DNA of 64,000 bases from Chlorokybus atmophyticus (lineage: Eukaryota; Plantae; Mesostigma and Chlorokybus algae): contig RHPI01001715.1 in assembly GCA_009103225.1 (NCBI GenBank), positions 263,261 to 327,260 of the forward strand, given 5' to 3'. Of this stretch, positions 38,045-49,396 are shown piece after piece (within the stretch, counting starts at the first letter, position 1; each line of letters starts with the position of its first letter). Below the pieces are notes generated by a model. It searched no databases and had not been told where the DNA came from. It saw only the letters and a program-made list of their open reading frames with translations. A program made the position numbers and the translations under genes.

Positions 38045-38589
38045 TTAAATGGGGGGAGTACAGACTGTCATGGGATGAGGGTGAGTCTTATGAGATGATC
38101 AGTGCTTGCTGAAATACTTGCATAAAGCATGTCATTTGCAATGCATACTAGTAGCTATTACTAATGTATGCACACACGCAGTGTGGATACAGAGACAGGT
38201 TACGAAGAAGGTTGTTCTCCTCACTACGCTAAGCAGGAACCTAGTCCTTAGCTAGCCAGAATCTGGTCAGCTAGGGTTGATTGGTTTGTGAGCAGAGAAG
38301 TCTAGGTGTTAACTAGCTATAAGAACTAGGTGCCACCTATTAGTAGTTTTCATAGCTAGTCAACCCTAGTCCCAACCAGTTCTGCACCTGGTTGCGGGAC
38401 TATGATTGACCCTAGTTTAAACCTACCCACTATCTAGCCTATCATGCATACTAGGTATGGCATGAGATACAAGCTAGAGTGCACCAGAGTACCTACCAGC
38501 AGCAACCACCAGAGTGTGCACAGACAAGGCTAGGCAAAAGCTGGAGTTAGCTAGTCCCACATTGAGGCATTTTACAGCTTCAGGTGACA
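38045..38589 (+). mobile_element. Possible LTR-retrotransposon relic (PPT plus LTR-like segment)
   Basis: Polypurine AAATGGGGGGAG (~38047-38058), TGTCA at 38066 and TGACA ending at 38589. No second LTR or PBS found. Confidence 0.3.
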
Positions 38590-39690
38590 AAAACAGAGTC
38601 CGTAGAGAACATAGACTAGCAGAGCCACTACCAACACCAGGCAATCTGATCTGATTAGGTTGCGGCTAGGTGTAGCTAAATTCATCTCTATTGAGGAAAG
38701 ATGCATGGAACTGAGCCAGCCCCGCCCCGCCACTTCAACCCGCCTGAGCATAGCATAGATTAATCATGACAACACCGACAACATTATGCATAATTAACAA
38801 CACACACAGCTGCACAGAGGCAAAGGCGCAGTTGTATTATTCTCACATTCAAACTACGGTAGTGAGTTACGTAATACCGTATTTGGAAATATAAAAGTCC
38901 AACGAGCCTTAGCGTACCTCTATTTTTGTGTTACGAATCTAACATCAACTGATAACCGCATATACACTCTCACTTCACGCTAGTTATCACGCCTCTGGTC
39001 GGAGACCTATTTTTTGCTGGCGGTAATATCAGATGCCTGATAGATAAATTAAAGAACTTAAAAGTTTGACTGGCATCACCAGCCTGTACCAGGTACAAAC
39101 GACAAACTTTGCTAGGTACGATTGGATATATGACATTATTTGATCAGACATAGAGTCTGATCTTATCTAATAAGGCCTGACTATGACAAATTATAACAAG
39201 ATCGTGGTAGATCCTACTAGATGAAAAATAGGTGCTGGCTAGGTTTCTTGTTTAGAGTACTGCCTACAAGCGCGGCAACCGCAACGGCCCAATAGCGGTG
39301 GAGCGCAGGCAAACGGAGAGGGACAAGCGGGCTCGCACTACTGGGTCAGGCTCCACCTCTGCAGGCATGAGCTCTAAACGTTTTTGTGCATCTGGCTGCC
39401 GGAAGGGGTCGGAGGTCGTGCTGCTTGGCATTTGGCTGGATGCAAAACATGCAACAACTCCACCATCGTGGCGAGCTACTCAATGCTGCCTCAAGGTCTT
39501 ATTGCTGTTTCAGTGCACGTGAACACAATTCGCTTTAAGACTTACTCATGTCGTTACACTAGGGCAACTACATTAAAGACAGTTGCAGTGGCCAAGGGCG
39601 TTGTCAGCGGCATCAGCAGTGGTGCCCTTTGCCGCTCTCAGAGGCAAGGCTTACAACATCAAATGCACGTGGTGAGGGCCATTGAAGACT

Positions 39691-39768
39691 CGCTCCTTCG
39701 CGTAGGCACACATTTGCATACCAGAAGCGGAGAAGGATGGCACGAGGAGTCTGTGCATAGACTACGAA
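39691..39768 (+). mobile_element. Degenerate Ty3/Gypsy reverse-transcriptase fragment
   Basis: RSFA*AHICIPEAEKDGTRSLCIDY resembles the gypsy RT consensus SP(W/F)ASP...KKDGSLRLCIDY. In-frame stop. Confidence 0.5.
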
Positions 39769-40404
39769 CGAACGGGTAAGAGTTGATTGATGTGAGAAGG
39801 AGCGAGCCAGAACCTACACATTGTACATTGCCAATGTGAAGACCTTTAATGTGTCCATGAGTCTATGTGTGTTTCACTGAGTGTGACGCTATGCCATCAG
39901 GTGGGGCGGGAGATTCCATAGCCAGAATTTCTGTGCGCAAGTTTGGTGGAATGCCTAAGCAGCAGCTTCTCAAGTGAAGGGGACCCTAATATTGCCACCG
40001 CTCAACTGGTGCTTTGAGGATGATGAAACCTATACACCACTAGCAACTAAGCCTTCATGCGACAAAAAAGTGAGTTGTCAAAAGCGACTTTACTTGTTGT
40101 TGTTGTGTTGCGCATTAACAAAGCGCTGTCTGCGCAGAAATGTGACCATTTGGACTCTTGCACATGGGAGGAGAGGATGCGTGCTGCTGCTGTCTGCTGC
40201 GCCGTTACAGACGACCCCTTCGATCAACTTCTGCATGAGGTCTTCGTGGCGCACCGTGTAACATACGGCACTCAAGGGAAGGACCCCAAGCATCTGCTCA
40301 CTTTGGCAGATCTCATGGATGAGTTGGTCAAGGTCACCCTGCTAGGGTGTGTTACAATTTGGGATAGATTGTGACAGACCTCACTTATGGTAGCGTCTTG
40401 CCAC

Positions 40405-40412
40405 ACATACGG

Positions 40413-40453
<41 letters not shown>

Positions 40454-40660
40454 TATGAAGATTGGAGATAAAATTTGTGCAAGTACAATGCTATGTGTGT
40501 ATGCTTAAGCATCCGAGCTAGCTCAAGCACTTGATGTGTTTAGCAATTATATACACATATATATACATGTGTGTAAATGTATATGCGTGTATGATATATA
40601 TATGTATATATGTATATATATGTGTGTGTGTACATAAACTCATGCGTATATATAAGCTGC
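40405..40660. repeat. (TA)n and degenerate TA/TG simple repeat
   Basis: Directly visible. Confidence 0.85.
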
Positions 40661-41367
40661 ATAGCTTCGTTACGGTGTTCAAGCTAATTGTTAACAACTG
40701 CCGCCGGCCGCGGCTCGGGTGTCATACGGTCTAAATGTACCGATATCGGTAATTGAATACCGATAACAAAGTAATGTGGCGGGCAAGGACGCAACAAATT
40801 CGTGGATTGAAAGAGACCGGTCGGTATGTCATGCTGCCCGGACAAATCGACCACAAATTATAGCGGCAGGGGGTCTTGCCAAAGACGGTGAGTTGTGAGC
40901 ATCATGGACATAGGTAGCATGGCCGGTGTTGGCGGCGGGGGCGGAGGTGTCTCTAGGCGCGGTTCGATCCCTTCACTTGGTCAGATTGGGCGCTGGCAGC
41001 GCCTGCACATTCAAACAGCAGCTATGCCTGGAGCTTCTCGCCAAGCTATGGCAAGCGAGGTTAGAGAGATGAGCATCGACACCCAAACGATGCGTCTCCC
41101 AGTTTCAAGCGACAAGCCGAGGGACAACCAGCTGCTAGTAGCAGTGGTGCAATCGGTAGGCTGCGCATTAGGAATGGCATTCCTAGCCGCAGGATTCCAT
41201 TCACTCGGCAATTCCCCGAAAGTGGGAATGGAGAATTGTTGCGCTTCTACAACCAAATCCTTGCTCGTAACGATGCAGGAAGGTTTCGTCATTAAGATCG
41301 GTGCTAATTTGTACTAGCGCTTCTTGGGTTAGCTGTGCGTCATTTTCATATTTTAGCAGTGTGCGTC

Positions 41368-42860
41368 AGCTGTGCATTCAATGCACAGCTTATTTGGTTG
41401 TCGCATGACATGTGGCTTTGCCCTAATTGACGCCCTTTGTATGGCAGGGGCCACATGGCAAATCGTCGCAAATTGAACACGGTGACTGACAAGGGACTCA
41501 GGGACTGAGGGGTGCCCGACCCTGCCTGACCCTACCTGACGTAACGGATTGGTCCATAAAGGACTTTTTAGCACGGCCGTTACTATCAAGCAACATATAC
41601 CGACGGCAAGCGGTCGATCAACAATTACAATCGACGGCGGCCTGCCTGTGACGGCAACACCGCACTTTAAAGTGACGGCCGATTTTTGGTCGTCCCATTT
41701 GCGCGATGGCGACCTATCTGCTATACAAAATAGGTCGCCATCGCGCAAATGGGTCACGTTTTGATCACACACAGTGACGGCCGACCGTTGGTCGTACCCT
41801 GACTTTCGAAAAGTATGCGCGACGGCCTGCCTACTTTGGCAAGGTAGTCACCATTAGTCCCTATCAGGTGACCTTACCATGTTTATTAAGTGACGGCCGT
41901 TCGTCGGTCGTGCACTTAACGCGGCGGCGACCTACTTATTATGTGTAAGGTATGATAAGCAAGTGACCGCCGGTCCTTAAAGGTCGGCAAGTCGGGACGG
42001 TGGTACTGGCCGGCAAGTCGAGACGCTCGTACAATGCAGCCGCCGTACTATATTGATGGTACGAACTCTGCCATTGTTGCAATGGCATTATCGTACCATA
42101 CTCATGGTACGATAGTGCCATTGCAATAATGGTACTTTCGTACTATTATAATAATACGATAGTGCCGTTGCGAGTCATGTTTCGACAACACGTTTGAATA
42201 ACTTAGGCTGCCCAAGTTATTCAAACGCTCAACGGCTTAAAGTTGAACTGAGCGTTATGGGCGGCGGCGGCAATGGTTAACAGTAGGTGAGCTTGGTTGT
42301 TGTCTGACATTGTACTACGCGCAACATCGCATGCCATCTAACCACCCTCCTTGCCTTAGGGCGGCCAGACCAGGCCACGCGGCGGCAGCGGCGGCGGAAC
42401 AGGAACGGCGGCGGCGGAGCTGGAGCGGGCGGTGCAGGAGCCGTAGCTCAGTACAAGGGTAGTACTAGCAGTAGTACCTAAGGTAGTAGTAGCAGTAGTG
42501 GTAGTAGTAGTAGTTGTGGTAGTCTAGTTGTACTAGCAGTAGTAGTAGTAGTACAGTATATTACATTGTAATTTATTTATTTTTTTGTTTTTTATTATTT
42601 GTCACGCATTCTTGCACAGCTGATGATGACAATCACGTGTGACACCTAATCATGACTGAGCTGTACCAGCAAGTACCTTTAAAGGTACACATCATTAACG
42701 GTAGGTACCTTAGGGTACCTGACAATTTCGCTCAGTTAGCGTACAGTTGCCGGTACCTAACTGATATGTACCGGTTAGTTACCTGTTAACTAGGTCAAGT
42801 CCCTTTTGCTTAACTGTTGACTACCTGACAGGTACCTATTAATTAGGGTCAGTCCCTTTA
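41368..42860. repeat. Cluster of hairpins and iterated dyad motifs, probable non-autonomous DNA-transposon relic
   Basis: Stems at 41368-41390, 41694-41753, ~42055-42150 and 42191-42227. Three AGTGACGGCCG-N6-GGTCGT units. Many GGTACC/GTACC motifs at 42660-42840. Confidence 0.6.
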
Positions 42861-43760
42861 TGCAGACGGCCGCCAATCAATGGTGACGGCTGTTATGCTC
42901 AGGTCCCTGTATCGAGATCGCCGGCAGACTGAAGGTTGACAGTCCAAATGAGTATCCTCAGGTGCACGGCCGTTGCCAATATTCAGTCGGCCGGCAGGGG
43001 AAACATTTTGCGACGATAGCGGCAACACAAGTGTTAGGCCTAACATCGGTGGGTTAGGAAGAAGTATGCTGTTTGCCGAGTTTTCAAAATGTGTTCGTGT
43101 ACATAAAGTATCTGGCGAGTTGGCCAGCAGCAAGCACTCAATAGTGAGTGTTAACAGTAGGATGGCTAATGTACTTTTTTTAGTACTCGTACTCATAAAA
43201 GTACCGAAAATTGGATTTTATTGGCCACCAAGTTGCAAATTGTGTAGAATGGATTTATAGTCGTGCCATACATGATTGGAAGCATAATTTCAAGGCCTAC
43301 ACGTGAAATAGATGCTGAGATTTATTGGCCATTAATTACACCTGACTACACTATTGGCAATGGTGTAGCACCTTTAGATTTTCAAAGTCATACCAATATT
43401 GCAACACATGAACCAGTTAGTAATTATGAAATCACCAATGCCATATCAAGCAAATCATGACAACCAACCTTGCAATAGCATCAGTACATGCTAGCAAACG
43501 CAGGTTATATTCACTTGCGCATACATCATCAAGTTCAAAAGGTTATTGAAGTGGTAACACTATACCACATTGCGCAGCCGCAAGCTGCATACTTATAAGC
43601 ATGTTTGGAATCTTCACACCATGCTCATGTGACAATCAGCATAACGAGTGATTCTCCTTGAATTTATACGTTAAAATGAATGCCTTCTCAAGAGGGTTTA
43701 ATTTTTGAAGGTAGTCTACATTTGTTGTAGCATGTTACCTAAGTTACAAAAAAACAGTAC

Positions 43761-43860
43761 TGAATACAGTACAATTACCGGCCAGCCTAGTGTTAATGCA
43801 TGTAAACATTGAATACAGTACAATTACCGGCCAGCCTAGTGTTAATGCATGTAAACATTG
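43761..43860. repeat. Perfect tandem duplication of a 49-bp unit
   Basis: TGAATACAGTACAATTACCGGCCAGCCTAGTGTTAATGCATGTAAACAT repeated twice. Confidence 0.95.
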
Positions 43861-44146
43861 TAGGGTAAGGAATTGCGTGTCTCTGACTTACCCATGGTTT
43901 GTGATGTGTTTTTGTTGCTTATGGGATTGAAAATGTCATCCCGCTGCCAAAACCCCCTTCTGCTTGGTTGGGTGACTGACTGAGCAGCAGCTGCAGCAGC
44001 AGCAGTAGCAGCAGGTCGCGGGCGCGAGGTCCCTCCCTCCCCTCAGCGTGCAGCGCCTGTGCGCAGGGAGGGTCCCTGACTGACACAGCCGTGCAGAGGT
44101 CCCTCGCGGTGTCGCGCCATCATGCGCAGTGCCACTGCAGTTGAGC

Positions 44147-44149
<3 letters not shown>

Positions 44150-44238
<89 letters not shown>

Positions 44239-44240
44239 NA
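44150..44240. repeat. (GA)n microsatellite (paralogous shorter tract at 34519-34552)
   Basis: Directly visible; same position within the duplicated block. Confidence 0.95.
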
Positions 44241-45233
44241 TGCCACTATACTGACAGACCGTGAGTCTTGTTCAGACTTTGCTTGAGGTGCAGGCAAAGT
44301 TTCCTTAAGCAGGCTGCACAAAGAACCCATCGAGTCAAGCAGCAGGTCACTTGCTGCTTCAATGCTGAGGTTACACAGGTGCCTACTTTTTACAAGGGTA
44401 CGCCCACCATCTGTTCTGATCATATAAGTACTCCACCAGCGAGCTGAGCTTCTGCCGCCACTCAACACACTTATGTTTGCATGCGCTGAACCGCCCCCGC
44501 GTTGCCAGCGCTCAAGCTCAGCTTTCATGCCATGCAGTGCAGTGTACCGATGGCCCTTCGCTAGGCTTGCTTCGCTGGTCGATGTGGCAGGCGCTGAGTA
44601 CAGGACAGTGTCGTAAGCCTGCTACTGCTGTACGTGGCTGTATGGGCAATGACGAGGCTCAGCCAAGGCTTGTTGTGGTGCCAGCTGTGGTACAGCGTAA
44701 GTACCAGTATACGAGTCGTGCATGCCACACCGTGCCCATCAACGTCATCCTTGGCCATGTGGCAGCAGCGGGCGTCTCAGTCTGCGGCTACGTCACTCGC
44801 AGCCTAAGGTAATGCTTACATGCCACTTGAAATTCAAGGCAGGCTCAGCTGTGTGAGCCGTGCCGTGCACTTTGCACGTCACTATACGGATGGGACACAG
44901 TACGTGCGATGCAACGTCGCTGGAGCATAGCACGGCACCCCATTTGTGTGCTATATAAGTGCAAGTATGTGTGGTACGTGCATGAGGTTGCGCGAGCTTA
45001 GCAGATTGAAGCCTGTCCTCTCTCTCCCTCTCTCCCTCTCTCCCTCTCTCCCTCTCTCCCTCTCTCCCTCTCTCCCTCTCTCCCTCTCTCCCGCTCTCCC
45101 GCTCTCCCGCTCTCCCGCTCTCCCGCTCTCCCGCTCTCTCGCTCCCTCTCCCTCTCCCTCTCCCTCCGTGCGTGCGTGCGTGCGTGCGTGTGCACGTGCG
45201 CGCGCGTGCGCACAAGAGTACTTTGCGCTTGTG

Positions 45234-46682
45234 ATGGCGCCGCCAACGCTAATCACCATTGGTAAGTGAGTGTCGTTTGGTTGTTGTTCGTCACTGAGTG
45301 TCAATCTAACTGAAACACACAATAATGCATGCAATGAAAGTGTGTTTCTCTGTCTGATGTTGCATGTGTGCTTGTGGTTCAGTACCACTGGGTGGCTCAC
45401 TCTCTCTCTTTCTCCGCGCGCATGCGTGTCTGTGTGTGCAGGGCCTTCTCACTACTGCGAAAAGGTATGATGTGCTTTTCTCACAACCAGATTGCCCAGC
45501 ACACATGCAGTAGGAGAGTCAGCATTCTTCAGTAACGTGCGCGTGTGCGTCATGTGAAATCTCGTATGTTACGACTGAGCGGGTGCTGTGTTGCATTTGT
45601 GATGGCAGTGGAGTACTTCGACACGGTGTTGGGAGTCCACATGAAGCCAGTGGCATACTGGCACGTGCTGTACCTGCCACTGGCGTACAAGGTGTTGTCC
45701 AACGGTGAGCGCCTGTATACACATGAACACTGTACACACGCATACATCACCATGCGCTCGCGCTCGCGCTCGCGCACGCGCAAACTTGCGCACCTGCGCA
45801 TAGGTAGGTACACCCAAGTGCATGTGTGCACGCGCGCGCACACGCACACGCACACGCACGCACCCACGCACACTAGCGTGCACGCAAGCGCTTGGTTCAG
45901 CCTACTCTTTGTGCGCAACAAAGTGCTGTTTTTTTTTGTTGACAGTATCAGCCCCATCGTTACTTGACTAACCTTCTCAATTGTGATGAAGGTGTCGGCC
46001 CCGTGGAGAGGTTCTTCGATTGGGTGACGTGGCCACTGATCAGAACGGCCATCGCAGAGTTAACGAAGCTCAGTGAAGTGAGTCGTATCTGAGGTCCAAA
46101 AAGGCCGTGGAAGACGTCTTCGCTAAGGTGAGTGCTGTGTATTGAGATACAGTGCCACACAACCCCGGGATTGAGGACAGTGTGTATGCGTTGGCGCACA
46201 CAGGTAAGTGTGAATGCGCATGTAAGCACCGCCAGCGCGCGCGCGCGCGCGCGCACACACATTGTCAACTCCTTCAGATGGAGGCCCTTCTTTCCGATGG
46301 GAGACAACTCGGGCGACACCTTCACAGCCGCGGACTTGACGTTCACTTCGCTCGCAGCACTCATGACCTACCCTGAAGAGTAAGTGAGCGTGTCCTTCAC
46401 AACCCACAACCCAACATGTGTGTGACAACAATCTAATTCTATACAACAGGTACGGCACTACCGAGTTGCACCCGTAGAGAGGTTTTTCCCCCGCCTGTCG
46501 TTGAAGAGGTGGAGCGATATTGCAACTCGGCCGCGGGGAAGGTGCGGGAAATGATGATGTGGGTTTGTGTGTTACTTCATGTGGTGATGTTGATGTTGTT
46601 GTGTTGTGTGGCGCAGTTTGGACTCCGCGTGTACAAACAGCATCGCCATGTCGTCGTCTCAAGCGCGAAAGATGAGTACTGA
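45234..46682 (+). pseudogene. GST-like gene copy B, decayed (internal deletion and frameshifts)
   Basis: MAPPTLITIG|PSHYCEK, then the ARWAL...DIVRYID exons are absent. It continues EYFDTVLG..., with a 2-nt insertion at ~46079 giving TGA, then MEALLSDGR...GDTFTAADLTFTSLAAL..YPEEYG (one frameshift near 46300 and another near 46475) and FGLRVYKQHR...*. Confidence 0.75.
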
Positions 46683-47396
46683 TGAATCAGAGAAGCGGTG
46701 TATGTCAGAAAATGTTGATAGGCTGATGCAGATTGATGCAGTGTTTATGTCGCCTGGTTTGTACGGACTGGGTTGATTGTACGCGTCGCTGACCTGAGCA
46801 ATTGCGTCCCGTGTGTATGCAATTGTGTGGGTATGTACGCGCACGCGTGTGCACATCACTCGCCAATTGCATTCCGGTTCACTCGCCAACAATTCGTTCA
46901 TACACGCCTAACACAACTTCTGTTGTGCGTCGTAAGCACCAGAACCCGTGCATTGCGTTGAATGCTGCGTGTTTGCCACTTGTTCAGTAAGAAGAGCATG
47001 GCGTACACTTATAACCAATGTGGAGGCAGTTCCCTGCTTTGCATGTCATGTTTGTGTAATGACCTGGGATTGCCTCCGAGGAAAGATGTGGACACAGTCA
47101 TTCTGCTGTGGGGTCTCCTGCTGACATTGCGTGTGTCTTGGCAAAGAACCTGAACGTGTGACGCTGTTGTTGTTACTTTTAGCAAATGGTGTAGAGCTGG
47201 TCCAAGGGAGTTTGCGCCTGCGCATATACGCCCCCGCATGTCTGCCATCATCGCGTCCATGTCATCACTACACATCCACTCAACTGCGGACCTACAATAC
47301 ACTGCACTACCAGTTCAAAAAACCACAGTGCAATATGTACAACCACTACCACTTCCACTACTTTAACCCAACCCAACAGAGGAAATGCCCTACTCC

Positions 47397-48684
47397 CTAA
47401 CTCCCTCCCTTTGCCCTCGGCAGGTTGCGTTGCCTCAACCCGCTCTGTCCTTGCGTCTCCGCCGGCTGCGACAGATACAACACAGAAGGGTCCGACGGGT
47501 CCACAAAGGCGTTGTTGACGGCGTCTTGGACCATAGAGGTGGGAGGAGGGGGAGCAGATGGAGCGTACTGTTGTTGTTGTTGTTGTTGTTGTTGCTGGGA
47601 TTGTTGTTGTTGTTGTTGGGACTGTTGTTGGCGTGAGGATGCGAGCATGGCGTAGAAGAGGGGGAGGAAGGTACCGACGCCACCCTCGCGGAAGGAGAGC
47701 TTGAAGTCGTGGGGGACGCCGTCGAGGCTGCCGGGAGGACCGCCTTCGACCTGGGAGTGGGGTGTGTAAGGGAAGTATGGGTTGTGTGTGTGTCATTGTG
47801 CATGGCTGTGTGATAAAGTTCAGTGTGCGCACATGTGTGTGCACGTGCGTGTGCATACGTACCGAGAAGACTACGCCTGTAATGTTGTTGCAACCGAAGA
47901 TGGGCTGATTGAACTTCTCACGCACAATGTAACTCTGCAAGAGAAGATGCCAGAGTTAGGGTCGGTGTCACAACAACCACTGTTGTCAAAGCAAACCACA
48001 GCTACTGTAAGCCAACATGAAAAAGAGTACGGACTACCTTGATTTGTGTTTCCTCACATGCATACCGAACTGCAAACACAGGGCTGCATGCACACACGCA
48101 TGAACAACTGAACCACTTCATGTGAACGACCAACGGATCTCATCATCACGAAGTCCCAAGAGTTGCAACAGCTGTGTGCTCCACGCATACGGGCACAGGA
48201 CAAACAAAAAAAACTCCAACGGAACACAAAAGCGTCAGATCACTTGTTGTCACACGCACAGCACTGACCAGCGGGAGGTCAAAGGCATGGATGGCTGCGC
48301 CATTCTGCCTTGCGTCAGCGCCGGTAGCGGCGAACACCAGGCGCACGTTGGAGAGGTACAGCACGCCTCTGGCACTCCACTTGCCACCACTCCCAAGCCT
48401 GTAAACAGTACTGCTTCAGCACACTCGTCTTGAAGGCAAACAAATCCATCCATCCATCCATCCACTGACTGGTTGCCTCACTTGCTAGATGGTCCGAATC
48501 CAAACCCTAGCCTGCAGCACGAGCATGCATGCACGCGTGCCTGCTTGACCAGGACGACGGGGACCTACCCCGGGAGGTTGTCGACGAGGAAGTTCACGCC
48601 GTCCCTGCGCAGCACGAACGCTTCTCCCGAGAACGGCACAGGCAAGCCACCTCCGCCCGCCACCATCTCCGGATTCACCGCCAT
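47397..48684 (-). CDS. WBP2/UPF0664 (GRAM/PH-like) plant-type protein; 4 exons
   Basis: MAVNPEM...PVPFSGEAFVLRRDGVNF...ARGVLYLSNVRLVF...AFDLPL|SYIVREKFNQPIFGCNNITG...FKLSFREGGVGTFLPLF...poly-Q...AFVDPSDPSVLYLSQP. Confidence 0.9.
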
Positions 48685-49396
48685 CCCTACTGCCGCCGCC
48701 GCCGCCTGTGACCACGACAACAACTACGACGTCAGCTAGGAGGTAAGGCACCTTGTCGTTGCCTTGTTTGCTGGCGGCGGCAGAGGCGGTGTTGGGTGTG
48801 GGGCTTGTGGTTAGGCAGCGGGGCGGCGAGAAAGGGCAGGAGGCACATGGTGTGGCGGAGGAGGAAGAGGAGGATGAGGGCCAAATTTGGAGAGGGGCCG
48901 TTGCTGGCCGGGCTGCTGTTGCTCATGCTACCATGGTGGTAGCAATGACCTTACACGTAAAGTGTTGTACTTTTATGCATCTGAGCTCCATCTCTCTTCG
49001 TGGCATTGGCCGAGTACTCTTGCGTTGAGTCTACTGAGATCAAGTGTATATGCATGTGCTTCGCGCATCTCTAATGTTGGCTATGTGCATGTGCATAAGC
49101 ATTCGTGTGTGCGTGTGCGCATGTTGACAGTTCAACAAATCGACAAAATGCAGTGTGACATCATGTATACAGCGGCATGTTGCTGTCACAAGTACAGACA
49201 TCCATTACACATACACAATACACATACAGCCCTTTTAACGCCACCCCGACAATTTGGTGCAGCGTTCGTGCGCATCCCGGGGGCGCCTCAGCGTATACAT
49301 ATACACGCCATGATACACACATACTACAACACAATCGACAACAAGCACATTGTCTATACCCACCCCACTATCTATCCCACTCACTCACTCCCTCAT

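Noticed and set aside
37870-38060. Copia RNase H or chromodomain reading upstream of the polypurine tract
   Set aside because: No frame gives a convincing motif. The similarity is too weak to call.
40913-40985. Functional tRNA gene
   Set aside because: The acceptor, anticodon and T stems cannot be formed. Kept only as a low-interest relic.
40895-41317. 140-aa ORF as a possible hAT transposase fragment
   Set aside because: Only a vague CCA..L..Q resemblance, with no DDE or dimerisation motif.
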